Shown: one piece after another, positions 55,576-64,000 of the stretch
Position numbering within the stretch: position 1 is the first letter of the stretch
Layout of the letters: the number at the start of each line of letters is the position of its first letter
Source: an uncultured Chloroflexia bacterium
GTDB lineage: Bacteria; Chloroflexota; Limnocylindria; QHBO01
Reading direction: 5' to 3'
Length of the DNA stretch: 64,000 nucleotides
Assembly: GCA_963827475.1 (NCBI GenBank)
Contig: CAWHAZ010000004.1
Span: 64,001 to 128,000 of the forward strand
Made by a program: the position numbers and the translations under genes
The notes under the pieces: generated by a model
Databases searched by the model: none
Seen by the model: the letters and a program-made list of their open reading frames with translations, nothing else
Told to the model about the DNA's origin: nothing

Positions 55576-56939
55576 TGGCGGTCACCCTCTCCCCCCAGAT
55601 CCGGATCCTGGACGGGGGGCAGCAACGCCTCCTGAAGGGCATCGGGACCCTGGATCCCGGGTCGCTCGCCGCGTATCGCAAGGCCGGTGGCTACAAGGGT
55701 CTGACCCGGGCGGTGACCCAGCGGTCGCCGGACGAGGTCATCGGCGAGATGGCAGCCGCGCGTCTGCGGGGACGGGGTGGCGCCGGCTTCCCGGTCGCGG
55801 ACAAGTGGCGAGCCGCCCGATCGGCACCCGGCGACCGCAAGATCGTGGTCGCCAACCTGATGGGCGCCGACCCCACGTCCCTCGGCGACCGGACGCTGGC
55901 CGAGGGCAACCCGCATCTCGTCCTCGAGGGGGCGCTGATCGCCGCTGCCGCCGTCGGCGCCAGCGAGGCGATTCTCGCCGTCCGCCGCGACTGGACGCTG
56001 GCCATCGAGCGCCTGCGCGCCGCGGTGGCGGACGCGGAAGCGGCCCACCTGGCCGGCTACCTCATCCTCGGCACGGACGTCTCGGTATCGGTATCGGTCT
56101 GGGAAGGCTCCGGTGCCTACGTCGCCGGGGAGGAGACGGCCCTCATCCACGCCCTCCAGGGTGACCGCGGCATGCCGCTCATCCGGCCGCCCTACCCGGC
56201 CGAGCGCGGCCTGTGGGACGTGCCAACGGTCATCCACAACGCCGAGACGCTCGCCCACGTGGCCTGGATCGCCGGCCACTCGGCTGCGGAGTTCACGAAG
56301 GCCGGGACCGAGGCGGCGCCGGGCACCAAGCTGGTGACCGTCGCGGGTGCGGTGACGACGCCGGGCGTGGCCGAGGTGGCGCTGGGAACATCGGTCGAGA
56401 AGGTCATCAGCCTGGCTGGAGGCTCGACGGGGACGGTCAAGGCCGCGTTCATCGGCGGCCCCGGGGCTGGCGCCCTCGCCGCCGACGAGCTGTCCGCCAC
56501 CGCCTACGCGTACGACGAGCTGGCGGAGGTCGGCGGCCACATCGGCTCGGGAACGGTGCTGGTCACCGACGCCGGCACCTGCATGGTGGCCACCGCCCGC
56601 TTCCTGCTCGACTTCTCGGCCCGCGAGGCGTGCGGCAAGGCCGTTCCCTGCCGCATCGGCACCCGCCGCCTGGTAGAGGCCCTCGACCGGATCCTGGCCG
56701 CGACCCCACGCCCCAATGACCTGGTCCTGCTCCGCGAGCTGTCGGCGAAGATCGCGGACACCGCCCTGTGCCGCCTGGAATCGCTCGCTCCGCGGCCGAT
56801 GCTCACGACCCTCGATCGGTTCGCCGACGAGTACCGCGCCCACGCCGAACGCGGGGTGTGCCTCGCCGGCTCGTGCTCGACCGATGCGGTCCTGCCGCTG
56901 CTGACCCCGCTGGCCGAAGCCGTAGGATTGGACCGATGA
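55575..56939 (+). CDS. nuoF: NuoF/HydB-like flavoprotein subunit with degenerate motifs
   Basis: LRGRGGAGFP, GAYVAGEETAL, PPYPA, NAETL, GTKL, CGKAVPCR and C-terminal H..CLAGSC. Confidence 0.82.
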   Translation: MAVTLSPQIRILDGGQQRLLKGIGTLDPGSLAAYRKAGGYKGLTRAVTQRSPDEVIGEMAAARLRGRGGAGFPVADKWRAARSAPGDRKIVVANLMGADPTSLGDRTLAEGNPHLVLEGALIAAAAVGASEAILAVRRDWTLAIERLRAAVADAEAAHLAGYLILGTDVSVSVSVWEGSGAYVAGEETALIHALQGDRGMPLIRPPYPAERGLWDVPTVIHNAETLAHVAWIAGHSAAEFTKAGTEAAPGTKLVTVAGAVTTPGVAEVALGTSVEKVISLAGGSTGTVKAAFIGGPGAGALAADELSATAYAYDELAEVGGHIGSGTVLVTDAGTCMVATARFLLDFSAREACGKAVPCRIGTRRLVEALDRILAATPRPNDLVLLRELSAKIADTALCRLESLAPRPMLTTLDRFADEYRAHAERGVCLAGSCSTDAVLPLLTPLAEAVGLDR

Positions 56940-59320
56940 CCTTCGTCGGCAACGGCAATGGCAAGGGCAACGGCAAGGGCGCCGAGCACATGGAGGACTA
57001 CGCGCCGATCTGGCCGGTCGTCCCCGGCACCCGACCGATCACGGTCACGATCAACGGCCGCCAGGTCCAGGCCGAGGAGGGGCAGACCATCCTCCAGGCC
57101 TGCCGGGTGTTGGACATCGAGATCCCGACCCTGTGCTACGAGCCGAAGCTCTCGCCCTACGGGGCCTGCCGCATCTGCGTGGTCGAGGTCGAGGGCGAGG
57201 AGAACACGCCGATCTCGTGCGGGACGAAGGTCGCGGACGGGATGGTCATCACCACCCACTCGGAGCGGGTCATCGAAAACCGCCGCCTGGTGCTGGAGCT
57301 GATCTTCTCGGACCACGACGCGTACTGCCTGCCGCCGTGCCAGTTCAAGTGCCCGACCCGGGTCGACATCCCCGGCTACCTGAAGGCCAACGCGGAGGGC
57401 AACTGGGAAGAGGCGACCCGGATCCTGAAGCGGTCCCTGCCCTTCCCGGCCATCCTCGGCCGGGTCTGCCCCGCCCCGTGCGAGACCCACTGCCGGCGCG
57501 AGGAGGTCGACATCGCGATCGCCATCCGCGACTCGCATCGCTACTGCGCCGACCGCGTGCTCGAAGTCGACGCGCCAGCCCCCCTGCCGTGGCCGAAGGA
57601 GCCGCCCACCGGGCGGCGGGTCGCGGTGGTGGGCTCCGGACCGGCCGGGATGACGGTCGCGTACTACCTCCAGCTCCGCGGCCACCAGTGCGACGTGTTC
57701 GAGGCCGACCCGGAGCAGGGCGGCATGCTGCGCTACGGAATTCCCGAGTACCGCCTGCCGAAGGCGTGGATGGACCGCGAGCTGAACCACGTCTGGGAGC
57801 TGGGCGCCACGTTCCGGCCGAACATGCGGCTCGGGCGCGACTTCCACCTCGCGGACCTGCTCGACCAGGGCTACGACGCGGTGTTCGTGGGCACGGGCTG
57901 CTACAAGTCGAACGAGCTGGGCATCCCCAACGAGTTCGCGGACGGGACGGTCAACGCCCTCGAGAACCTCTACAACAGCACCCGCGGCGTCCCCGTCCCG
58001 CAGCTGAAGGGGGCGCGAGTGGTGGTCATCGGCGGTGGGTTCACCGCCATCGACTGCACACGGACCTCGCTCCGCCAGGGCGCGGAGGCGGTCACCATCG
58101 TCTATCGCCGCGACCTGAAGGACATGCCGTCGCAGGACGAGGTCCACGAGGCGATCGAAGAGGGCGCGACGGTCATCTTCCAGGCCGCACCGGTCCGCAT
58201 CGTGACCGACGCCAAGGGTCGGGTGACCGGGGTCGAGTTCCAGAAGATGCACCTCGGCGAGCCCGACGAGAAGGGTCGCCGCCGGCCGGAGCCGATGCCC
58301 GGCACCGAGTTCATCGTCGAGTGCGACACCGTGCTGGGGGCCATCGGCCAGGGTCCGGAGCTGAGCTGGGTCGACCTCGAGCCGGACGAGATCCGCGGCG
58401 GGCTGGAGGTCAGCCGCCAGGGTCGCCTGGTCGCCGACCCGAACACCTTCCGCACCGGCGTCCCTCAGGTTTTTGCCGCCGGCGACGTGAACCTCGGCGC
58501 CACGACCGTGGTCGAGGCCATCGGTGACGGCCGCCGCGCCTCGTATGCGATGGACTACTGGCTCCGTGGCCACGACCTCGATGACCCGCAGGTCCGCCGC
58601 ATCGTGTCCGAGCCCCAGCCCTCGTTCCTGACCATCGTGCCCTTCACCGACGACGTGAAGGAGCCCCAGGCGGTGATGGGCAAGAAGGGGCCGGAGGAGC
58701 GGAGCGACAACTTCGGGGAGTACGAGTACGGCTACACCCACGACCAGGCGATGGGCGAGGCGGCCCGCTGCCTGCAGTGCACGTGCGAGGCGATCGGCCA
58801 CTGCGACCTCCGCGAGGCGGCGATCGAGTACGAGACCACGCTGAACATGGCGATCGACGAGCGGTCGATCCAGGACAACCCGTACGTCGGCATCAACCAC
58901 GGCTACGGCCGGGACGAGACCCACTCGTTCATCCTCCGCGACTACAGCCGGTGCATCGACTGCGGCCGCTGCGCCCAGGTGTGCAAGGACATCGTGGGCG
59001 CCGGCTGCTACGACTTCATCGGCAAGGGCTTCGACTCATTGGTCACCACCGCGGACTTCGTCTCGCTGAACGAGACGCCGTGCGTGTCGTGCGGTCGGTG
59101 CGCGGAGACGTGCCCGGTCGGGGCCCTCATGCCGCGGCCGCGGATCCTGGAGACCTATCAGCTCGACGTCAGCCGCTGCATCTTCTGCGGCATCTGCGCC
59201 GACGCCTGCCCGTACGACGCGCTGCGCTGCGGCCCCGAGTTCGAGTTCAGCGAGTACCAGCGCGATCTGCCGATGCTCGACATCCTCGAGATGTCCGACC
59301 GGGAGCGGCCCACCCGCTAG
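56936..59320 (+). CDS. NuoG-N/GltD-type FAD and Fe-S oxidoreductase fused to the NuoI C-terminal half
   Basis: IPTLC..GACRIC..SC (2Fe-2S); GRVCPAPCETHC, VGSGPAG, GGGFTAID, VYRR and AAGD (GltD); two ferredoxin motifs; then YQLDVSRCIFCGICADACPYDAL..EFE (NuoI). Confidence 0.88.
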   Translation: MTFVGNGNGKGNGKGAEHMEDYAPIWPVVPGTRPITVTINGRQVQAEEGQTILQACRVLDIEIPTLCYEPKLSPYGACRICVVEVEGEENTPISCGTKVADGMVITTHSERVIENRRLVLELIFSDHDAYCLPPCQFKCPTRVDIPGYLKANAEGNWEEATRILKRSLPFPAILGRVCPAPCETHCRREEVDIAIAIRDSHRYCADRVLEVDAPAPLPWPKEPPTGRRVAVVGSGPAGMTVAYYLQLRGHQCDVFEADPEQGGMLRYGIPEYRLPKAWMDRELNHVWELGATFRPNMRLGRDFHLADLLDQGYDAVFVGTGCYKSNELGIPNEFADGTVNALENLYNSTRGVPVPQLKGARVVVIGGGFTAIDCTRTSLRQGAEAVTIVYRRDLKDMPSQDEVHEAIEEGATVIFQAAPVRIVTDAKGRVTGVEFQKMHLGEPDEKGRRRPEPMPGTEFIVECDTVLGAIGQGPELSWVDLEPDEIRGGLEVSRQGRLVADPNTFRTGVPQVFAAGDVNLGATTVVEAIGDGRRASYAMDYWLRGHDLDDPQVRRIVSEPQPSFLTIVPFTDDVKEPQAVMGKKGPEERSDNFGEYEYGYTHDQAMGEAARCLQCTCEAIGHCDLREAAIEYETTLNMAIDERSIQDNPYVGINHGYGRDETHSFILRDYSRCIDCGRCAQVCKDIVGAGCYDFIGKGFDSLVTTADFVSLNETPCVSCGRCAETCPVGALMPRPRILETYQLDVSRCIFCGICADACPYDALRCGPEFEFSEYQRDLPMLDILEMSDRERPTR

Positions 59321-59766
59321 CCCGCGTCCGCGGCGCTCCGGGACGGTGTCGCGCGGTTGAACCCGAAGCGGAGGAGCCGGAACAGCAGGTAGCCGATCAG
59401 CGCGCCAACGACGTTCAGGAGGACGTCGTCCACGTCGGTCATCCGGTTCGGGATCCGCAGCTGGGCGAGCTCGATCGCGACGCTGAGCACGACCGCCACC
59501 AGCAGGACTCGGGCCCACCCGTTCATCGCCGGGAACGCGATCGGTCCGAGCAGACCGACCGGGAGCAGGAGCAGGAGGTTCCCGATCAGCTGGCCGGCCC
59601 AGAACGGGGACTCGAGGTTGTCGAGGTAGACCTGGATCGTCCGGAACAGGACGAAGTTGTCATCCACGATGAAGCCAGGCGGCGGTTCCACGGGCTGCAG
59701 GGTCATGAGCAGTCCAAGGGCCAACCACGCCGCCAGGAGCACGCCGGCGGTCACACGGGCAGTCAT
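59317..59766 (-). CDS. VanZ family membrane protein
   Basis: NFVLFRTI, GNLLLLLPVG, IELAQ and TDVDDVLLNVVG. Confidence 0.85.
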   Translation of the reverse strand: MTARVTAGVLLAAWLALGLLMTLQPVEPPPGFIVDDNFVLFRTIQVYLDNLESPFWAGQLIGNLLLLLPVGLLGPIAFPAMNGWARVLLVAVVLSVAIELAQLRIPNRMTDVDDVLLNVVGALIGYLLFRLLRFGFNRATPSRSAADAG

Positions 59767-59837
59767 CGGCCGCCCAGTCTGTCAGCCCCGGCGGTTTTCT
59801 GCCGATGCGGGGCGCCGGGCGGTATCCTCGGCGGCGC

Positions 59838-60254
59838 ATGGCCGATCTCCCCCAGCAGCCGATCGAGATGATCCTGCTCCGCCAGCTGGCGGAGCACCTC
59901 GGCATCCCGGTGTGGGTCATCGACAGCGCCGGCGACCTGGTGTTCTTCAACGAGGCCGCCGAGCCCACGCTCGGGTTGCGGGCAGATGACGTGGACCAGA
60001 TGCCGTACGAGGCGTGGACGACCGGGTTCGCGCCACGGGACCTCGCCGGCAACCCGGTTCCCGGTGAGGCGCTGCCGCCGATCAAGGCCCTGCGCGAGGG
60101 AAAGCCGCAGCACGACTCGCTCGAGATCACCGGCGCCGACGGCGTGGCCCGCCAGATCGTGATCACCGCCTTCCCGTTGACCGGCGGGCACGGGGACATC
60201 ATGGGGTCGGTCACGATGTTCTGGGAGTCGAACGGGGAGTCGGAACAGGCGTGA
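59838..60254 (+). CDS. Stand-alone PAS domain protein
   Basis: PVWVIDSAGDLVFFNEAAEPTLG and C-terminal GDIMGSVTMF strand. Confidence 0.8.
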   Translation: MADLPQQPIEMILLRQLAEHLGIPVWVIDSAGDLVFFNEAAEPTLGLRADDVDQMPYEAWTTGFAPRDLAGNPVPGEALPPIKALREGKPQHDSLEITGADGVARQIVITAFPLTGGHGDIMGSVTMFWESNGESEQA

Positions 60255-61084
60255 TCGTCCGGCTGTGGGGCACGCGAGGCTCGGTCGCGAGCGCCGGTCC
60301 CCAGACGGCCCGCTACGGCGGCAACACGGCCTGCGTCGAGGTCCGGGGCGACGACGGCTGCCTGGTCGTCCTCGACGCCGGCACCGGCATCCAGCGCCTG
60401 GGCAACGAGCTGGAGGACGACATCCATCGCATCGACATCCTGCTCACCCACCTCCACATGGACCACATCCAGGGCCTGGGTTTCTTCGCCCCGATCTTCC
60501 GCAAGGGCTGCGAGATCCACGTCTGGGGTCCCCCATCGCCGACGCTCCACCTCCGCGCCCGGGTCACCCGCTACATGTCGCCCCCGTTGTTCCCGATCCG
60601 CCTGCGCGACCTGCGGGCCAACTTCGAGTTCCATGACGCCCCGCAGGACCCGTTCACCATCGGTTCGTTGACCATCAAGGCCGACGAGGTCATCCACCCC
60701 GGCGCCACCCTCGGCTATCGGGTCAGCGAGAACGGCCGGTCACTCACCTATCTCAGCGACCACGAGCCGGCGCTGGCCGCCAACAACGGCGAGCCCGGCC
60801 CCGGCTGGATCAGCGGCCTGGCCCTTGCCCACGACGCGGACGTGCTCATCCACGATGCGCAGTACACCCAGTCCGAACGCGAGGAGCGGCTCGGCTGGGG
60901 GCACTCCTCGGTCCCGGAGGCCATCGACTTCGCCCGCACCGCGGCCGCCAAACAGCTCGTCCTGTTCCACCACGACCCCGCGCGGACCGACCACCAGATG
61001 GACCTTCTCCTTGCTGAGGCGGAGGCTCTCGCGGACGGAATGCCGGTGACGGCCGCGCGCGAGGGTGACGTGCTCGTCCTTTAG
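60251..61084 (+). CDS. MBL-fold metallohydrolase (phosphodiesterase/RNase Z-like)
   Basis: WGTRGS, YGGNTAC, LDAGTG, THLHMDHIQG, SDHE, WGHS and FHHDP. Confidence 0.88.
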   Translation: MIVRLWGTRGSVASAGPQTARYGGNTACVEVRGDDGCLVVLDAGTGIQRLGNELEDDIHRIDILLTHLHMDHIQGLGFFAPIFRKGCEIHVWGPPSPTLHLRARVTRYMSPPLFPIRLRDLRANFEFHDAPQDPFTIGSLTIKADEVIHPGATLGYRVSENGRSLTYLSDHEPALAANNGEPGPGWISGLALAHDADVLIHDAQYTQSEREERLGWGHSSVPEAIDFARTAAAKQLVLFHHDPARTDHQMDLLLAEAEALADGMPVTAAREGDVLVL

Positions 61085-61113
61085 AATCGGGCTCGGCCTC
61101 CGGAGCGAGGCCC

Positions 61114-61656
61114 GTGAGCGCTCAGCCCGAACGGAGAGTCTCGGCTCTGGACATCTCGATCGTCCTCTTCGTGGTGCTCGCCGTCGGCGTCCTCGGCGGT
61201 GGCCTGGCGGCCGTGCTCCTGCGGAACGTCATTCATTCCGCGGTGGCCATGATGTTCTGCTTCGGCGCGCTCGCCGGGACCTACGCGCTGCTTGGCGCAC
61301 CGATCGTGGCGGCGGCACAGGTCCTGATCTACCTCGGCGCGATCAGCGTCCTGATCCTGTTCGCGATCATGCTCACCCAGGCTGGCGACGCGAACCTGCC
61401 CGCCCCATTCCAGCGCCAGGCGCCGGTGGCGGCGCTGGTCGCGCTCGGGATCGTGTTCCTTGTCGGCTGGGCCATCGTCAGCACCGACTGGCCGAACGCC
61501 ACCGTCGTGATCGCGGTTGACCTCAACAAGCTGGCGACCGCCATCTTCACCGACTACGCCCTGCCCTTCGAGATCGTGGCCTTCCTGCTGCTGGCCGCGA
61601 TCATCGGCGCCATCTACCTGGCCCGACGGCCCGAAGAAGACGAGCGGGCGAACTGA
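61114..61656 (+). CDS. nuoJ: Complex I subunit J
   Basis: NVIHSA, QVLIYLGAISVLILFAIML and YALPFEI. Confidence 0.93.
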   Translation: MSAQPERRVSALDISIVLFVVLAVGVLGGGLAAVLLRNVIHSAVAMMFCFGALAGTYALLGAPIVAAAQVLIYLGAISVLILFAIMLTQAGDANLPAPFQRQAPVAALVALGIVFLVGWAIVSTDWPNATVVIAVDLNKLATAIFTDYALPFEIVAFLLLAAIIGAIYLARRPEEDERAN

Positions 61657-61659
61657 CCG

Positions 61660-61968
61660 ATGGGCCTGCCCGCGTACCTGTTCCTCTCCCTGCTCCTGTT
61701 CGGGATCGGAGCCTTTGGGTTCCTCGCCCGGCGCAACGCGATCATGATGCTGATCTGCATCGAGTTGATGCTGAACGCGGTGAACCTCGCCCTCGTCGCG
61801 TTCAACGCGTTCGACTACGGCGCGACGAATGACGCGGGCGCGGTCTTCTCCCTCCTGATCATGGCCGTCGCCGCGGCCGAGGCGACGGTGGGGCTGGCGC
61901 TGGTCATCGCCATCATCCGGACCCGTCAGACCCCCGAGGTCGACGAGTACTCCGACCTCAAGGAGTGA
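61660..61968 (+). CDS. nuoK: Complex I subunit K
   Basis: RRNAIMMLICIELMLNAVN and AAAEATVGLA. Confidence 0.95.
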   Translation: MGLPAYLFLSLLLFGIGAFGFLARRNAIMMLICIELMLNAVNLALVAFNAFDYGATNDAGAVFSLLIMAVAAAEATVGLALVIAIIRTRQTPEVDEYSDLKE

Positions 61969-61972
61969 TGCC

Positions 61973-64000
61973 CTGACACCGGAGCAGCTCATCCCACTCA
62001 TCCCGGCCCTGCCGCTCGTCGGCTTCCTGTTCGCGGTCCTCCTCGGGTCGCGTCTCGACCGCATTCCCGAGCACGGTGACCACGGGGATGGGCACGGAGC
62101 GGGGGCCGGCCACGACACCGGCGGAGACCCGCACGCGTCGCACGACGAGGCGGTGGACGAGTCCGCGTTCCGCACGATCCCGACCGAGGAGGAACAGCGC
62201 GAGACCTCGCCCCACCGGGGCCACGCCGACGACCTGGCCAACGCCAACGGGGCAGATGGGGTCATCCCGGACGAGCTGAACGACGGACGGGGCCAGCCCG
62301 GCCACGTCTCCCCGGGCGGGCCGCGACCGGTCTACCGCTCGTGGTGGGTCCCCGTGGCCCTTGTCGCGCTCATGTGGGCCGCGGCCATGGTCGTGTTCGG
62401 ATCGGTCATCTTCGACGGTGCCGAGTACCGGGTCACCGTCTACGAGTGGATCGTGTCCGGCGACTTCCGGGTCGAGATCACGTTCTTCGTCGACGCGCTC
62501 ACCGCGGTCCTGCTCCTGGTCGTCAGCACGGTCGGCCTCCTCGTCCACGTCTACTCCATCGGCTACATGGACGGCGACCGGAGCGTGTGGCGCTTCTTCG
62601 CCTACCTGAACCTGTTCATGTTCAGCATGCTGCTGCTGATCCTGGCCGACAATTTCCTGCTGCTGTACGTCGGCTGGGAAGCGGTGGGCCTGTGCTCGTA
62701 CCTGCTCATCGGCTACTGGTACAAGAAGCCCTCGGCCGCCGGGGCCGCCAAGAAGGCGTTCATCGTCAACCGGGTTGGCGACTTCGGATTCGGGCTCGGC
62801 GTGATCCTGATCTGGACGTTGCTCGGCACCCTCGCGTTCGAGGAGGTGTTCGCCGGTGTCGGCGGGCTGGAGGAGTGGCAGGTCACGCTCATCGCGCTGC
62901 TCCTGTTCGCGGGCGCGGTCGGCAAGTCCGCCCAGTTCCCGCTCCACGTCTGGCTTCCCGACGCGATGGAGGGGCCGACCCCGGTCAGCGCCCTGATCCA
63001 CGCCGCGACGATGGTCAACGCCGGCGTCTACCTGGTGGCGCGCTCGAACCCGATCTTCGCCGAGGCCCCGACCGCCATGGCGGTGGTCGCGGCCATCGGT
63101 GTCTTCACCGCCGTCCTGGCCGCGGCCATCGCGCTGACTCAGAACGACATCAAGAAGGTCCTCGCCTACTCGACCGTGAGCCAGCTGGCATACATGTTCT
63201 TCGGGCTGGGCATCGGGGCGTGGGTGGCGGCCATCTTCCACCTGCTGGCCCATGGCTTCTTCAAGGGCCTGCTGTTCATGGCGTCGGGATCGGTCATCCA
63301 TGGCGCCGGCGGCGAGCAGGACATGCAGCTCATGGGCGGGCTGCGGGAAAAGATGCGCTGGACCTACGTGACCATGGTCATCGGGTCGCTGGCCCTGGCC
63401 GGCATCCCGATCTTTGCCGGGTTCTTCAGCAAGGACGAGATCCTGTCGGAGGCGTTCCTGCGCGGCTACGGGGTCTACTGGCTGATCGGGATCGTCGTCG
63501 CGTTCATGACCGCGTTCTACACGTTCCGGATGATCTACCTCACCTTCCACCGATCCTGGCGCGGCCCGGCCGAGGCGTGGCACCACGTCCACGAGAGCGG
63601 ATGGACGATGGTCGTCCCGCTGGTCATCCTGGCCGTGCCCACCGCCCTGGCCGGCCTCCTGCTCGGCATTCCGCCCGAGAGTGGGGCCATCCACACCTGG
63701 CTCGAGGAGGTCTTCGCCGGAGCCGAGGCACTGGGAACGGGCATCCTCCCCGGCTCTATCGCCGCCGAGGCGCTCGAGCATGGTGAAGCCCACGCATTCG
63801 AGCTCTTCGGGCTCGGCGGCCTGCTGCTCCTCGTCGGCGCGGGCATGGGGGTCGGCGGCATCCTGCTCGCCCGCCGCTGGTACGTCCAGAACCCGGAGGC
63901 ACCGGTCCGCTTCGTCGAGCGCATCCCGTTCGGCCTGGGGCCGGGCATGTACCGCGCCAGCGTGAACAAGTACTACTTCGACGACCTGTACCAGCTCCTG
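61973..64000 (+). CDS. nuoL: Complex I subunit L, runs off the window; CTG start or an indel after ATG at 61968
   Basis: Frame missing from the ORF track, translated by hand: HVYSIGYM, GWEAVGLCSYLLIG, KAFIVNRVGD, KSAQFPLHVWLPDAMEGPTPVSALIHAATMV. Confidence 0.93.
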   Translation, partial: MTPEQLIPLIPALPLVGFLFAVLLGSRLDRIPEHGDHGDGHGAGAGHDTGGDPHASHDEAVDESAFRTIPTEEEQRETSPHRGHADDLANANGADGVIPDELNDGRGQPGHVSPGGPRPVYRSWWVPVALVALMWAAAMVVFGSVIFDGAEYRVTVYEWIVSGDFRVEITFFVDALTAVLLLVVSTVGLLVHVYSIGYMDGDRSVWRFFAYLNLFMFSMLLLILADNFLLLYVGWEAVGLCSYLLIGYWYKKPSAAGAAKKAFIVNRVGDFGFGLGVILIWTLLGTLAFEEVFAGVGGLEEWQVTLIALLLFAGAVGKSAQFPLHVWLPDAMEGPTPVSALIHAATMVNAGVYLVARSNPIFAEAPTAMAVVAAIGVFTAVLAAAIALTQNDIKKVLAYSTVSQLAYMFFGLGIGAWVAAIFHLLAHGFFKGLLFMASGSVIHGAGGEQDMQLMGGLREKMRWTYVTMVIGSLALAGIPIFAGFFSKDEILSEAFLRGYGVYWLIGIVVAFMTAFYTFRMIYLTFHRSWRGPAEAWHHVHESGWTMVVPLVILAVPTALAGLLLGIPPESGAIHTWLEEVFAGAEALGTGILPGSIAAEALEHGEAHAFELFGLGGLLLLVGAGMGVGGILLARRWYVQNPEAPVRFVERIPFGLGPGMYRASVNKYYFDDLYQLL

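Noticed and set aside
56936-59320. Formate dehydrogenase, [FeFe]-hydrogenase or true glutamate synthase beta subunit
   Set aside because: No molybdopterin domain, no H-cluster motifs and no gltB nearby; the protein ends in half of NuoI.
61968-61976. nuoL as a pseudogene because ATG-CCC-TGA stops immediately
   Set aside because: The frame starting at CTG 61973 carries intact NuoL motifs with no stop seen, and has a well-spaced Shine-Dalgarno.

Overview
High-GC bacterial chromosomal segment. Gene content suggests a monoderm lineage, probably Chloroflexota (inference, not verified). About 12 genes carry apparent single-base indels, most likely long-read assembly errors. No CRISPR array, integrase, transposase or prophage is visible. 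In order, the window holds: trxA, a Cys-rich two-CW-type protein, folC and a folP-folB fusion; htrA with a two-component pair; rplY; oppBC; a K+ channel; a gamma-glutamylation-type amine catabolic region interleaved with murT-gatD; tRNA-Thr(CGT); a tightly coupled minus-strand operon (DEAD helicase, ligase-like protein lacking its catalytic Lys, glucosylglycerate synthase, USP-USP-GpgS fusion, glycerate kinase, MerB homolog, EndoIII); ZIP/Fur; galE, cca, HNH; pdxST, R3H-AAA, tmk, darA; and a complex I (nuo) locus. The standout is the complex I. nuoI is split: its N-terminal half is fused to a degenerate NuoE, and its C-terminal half is fused to the end of a NuoG-N/GltD-type flavo-iron-sulfur protein with an NADPH-type signature. 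A degenerate NuoF lies between them. This suggests an Stn/NfnABC-like module grafted into nuoI, giving a candidate NADPH-fed complex I.
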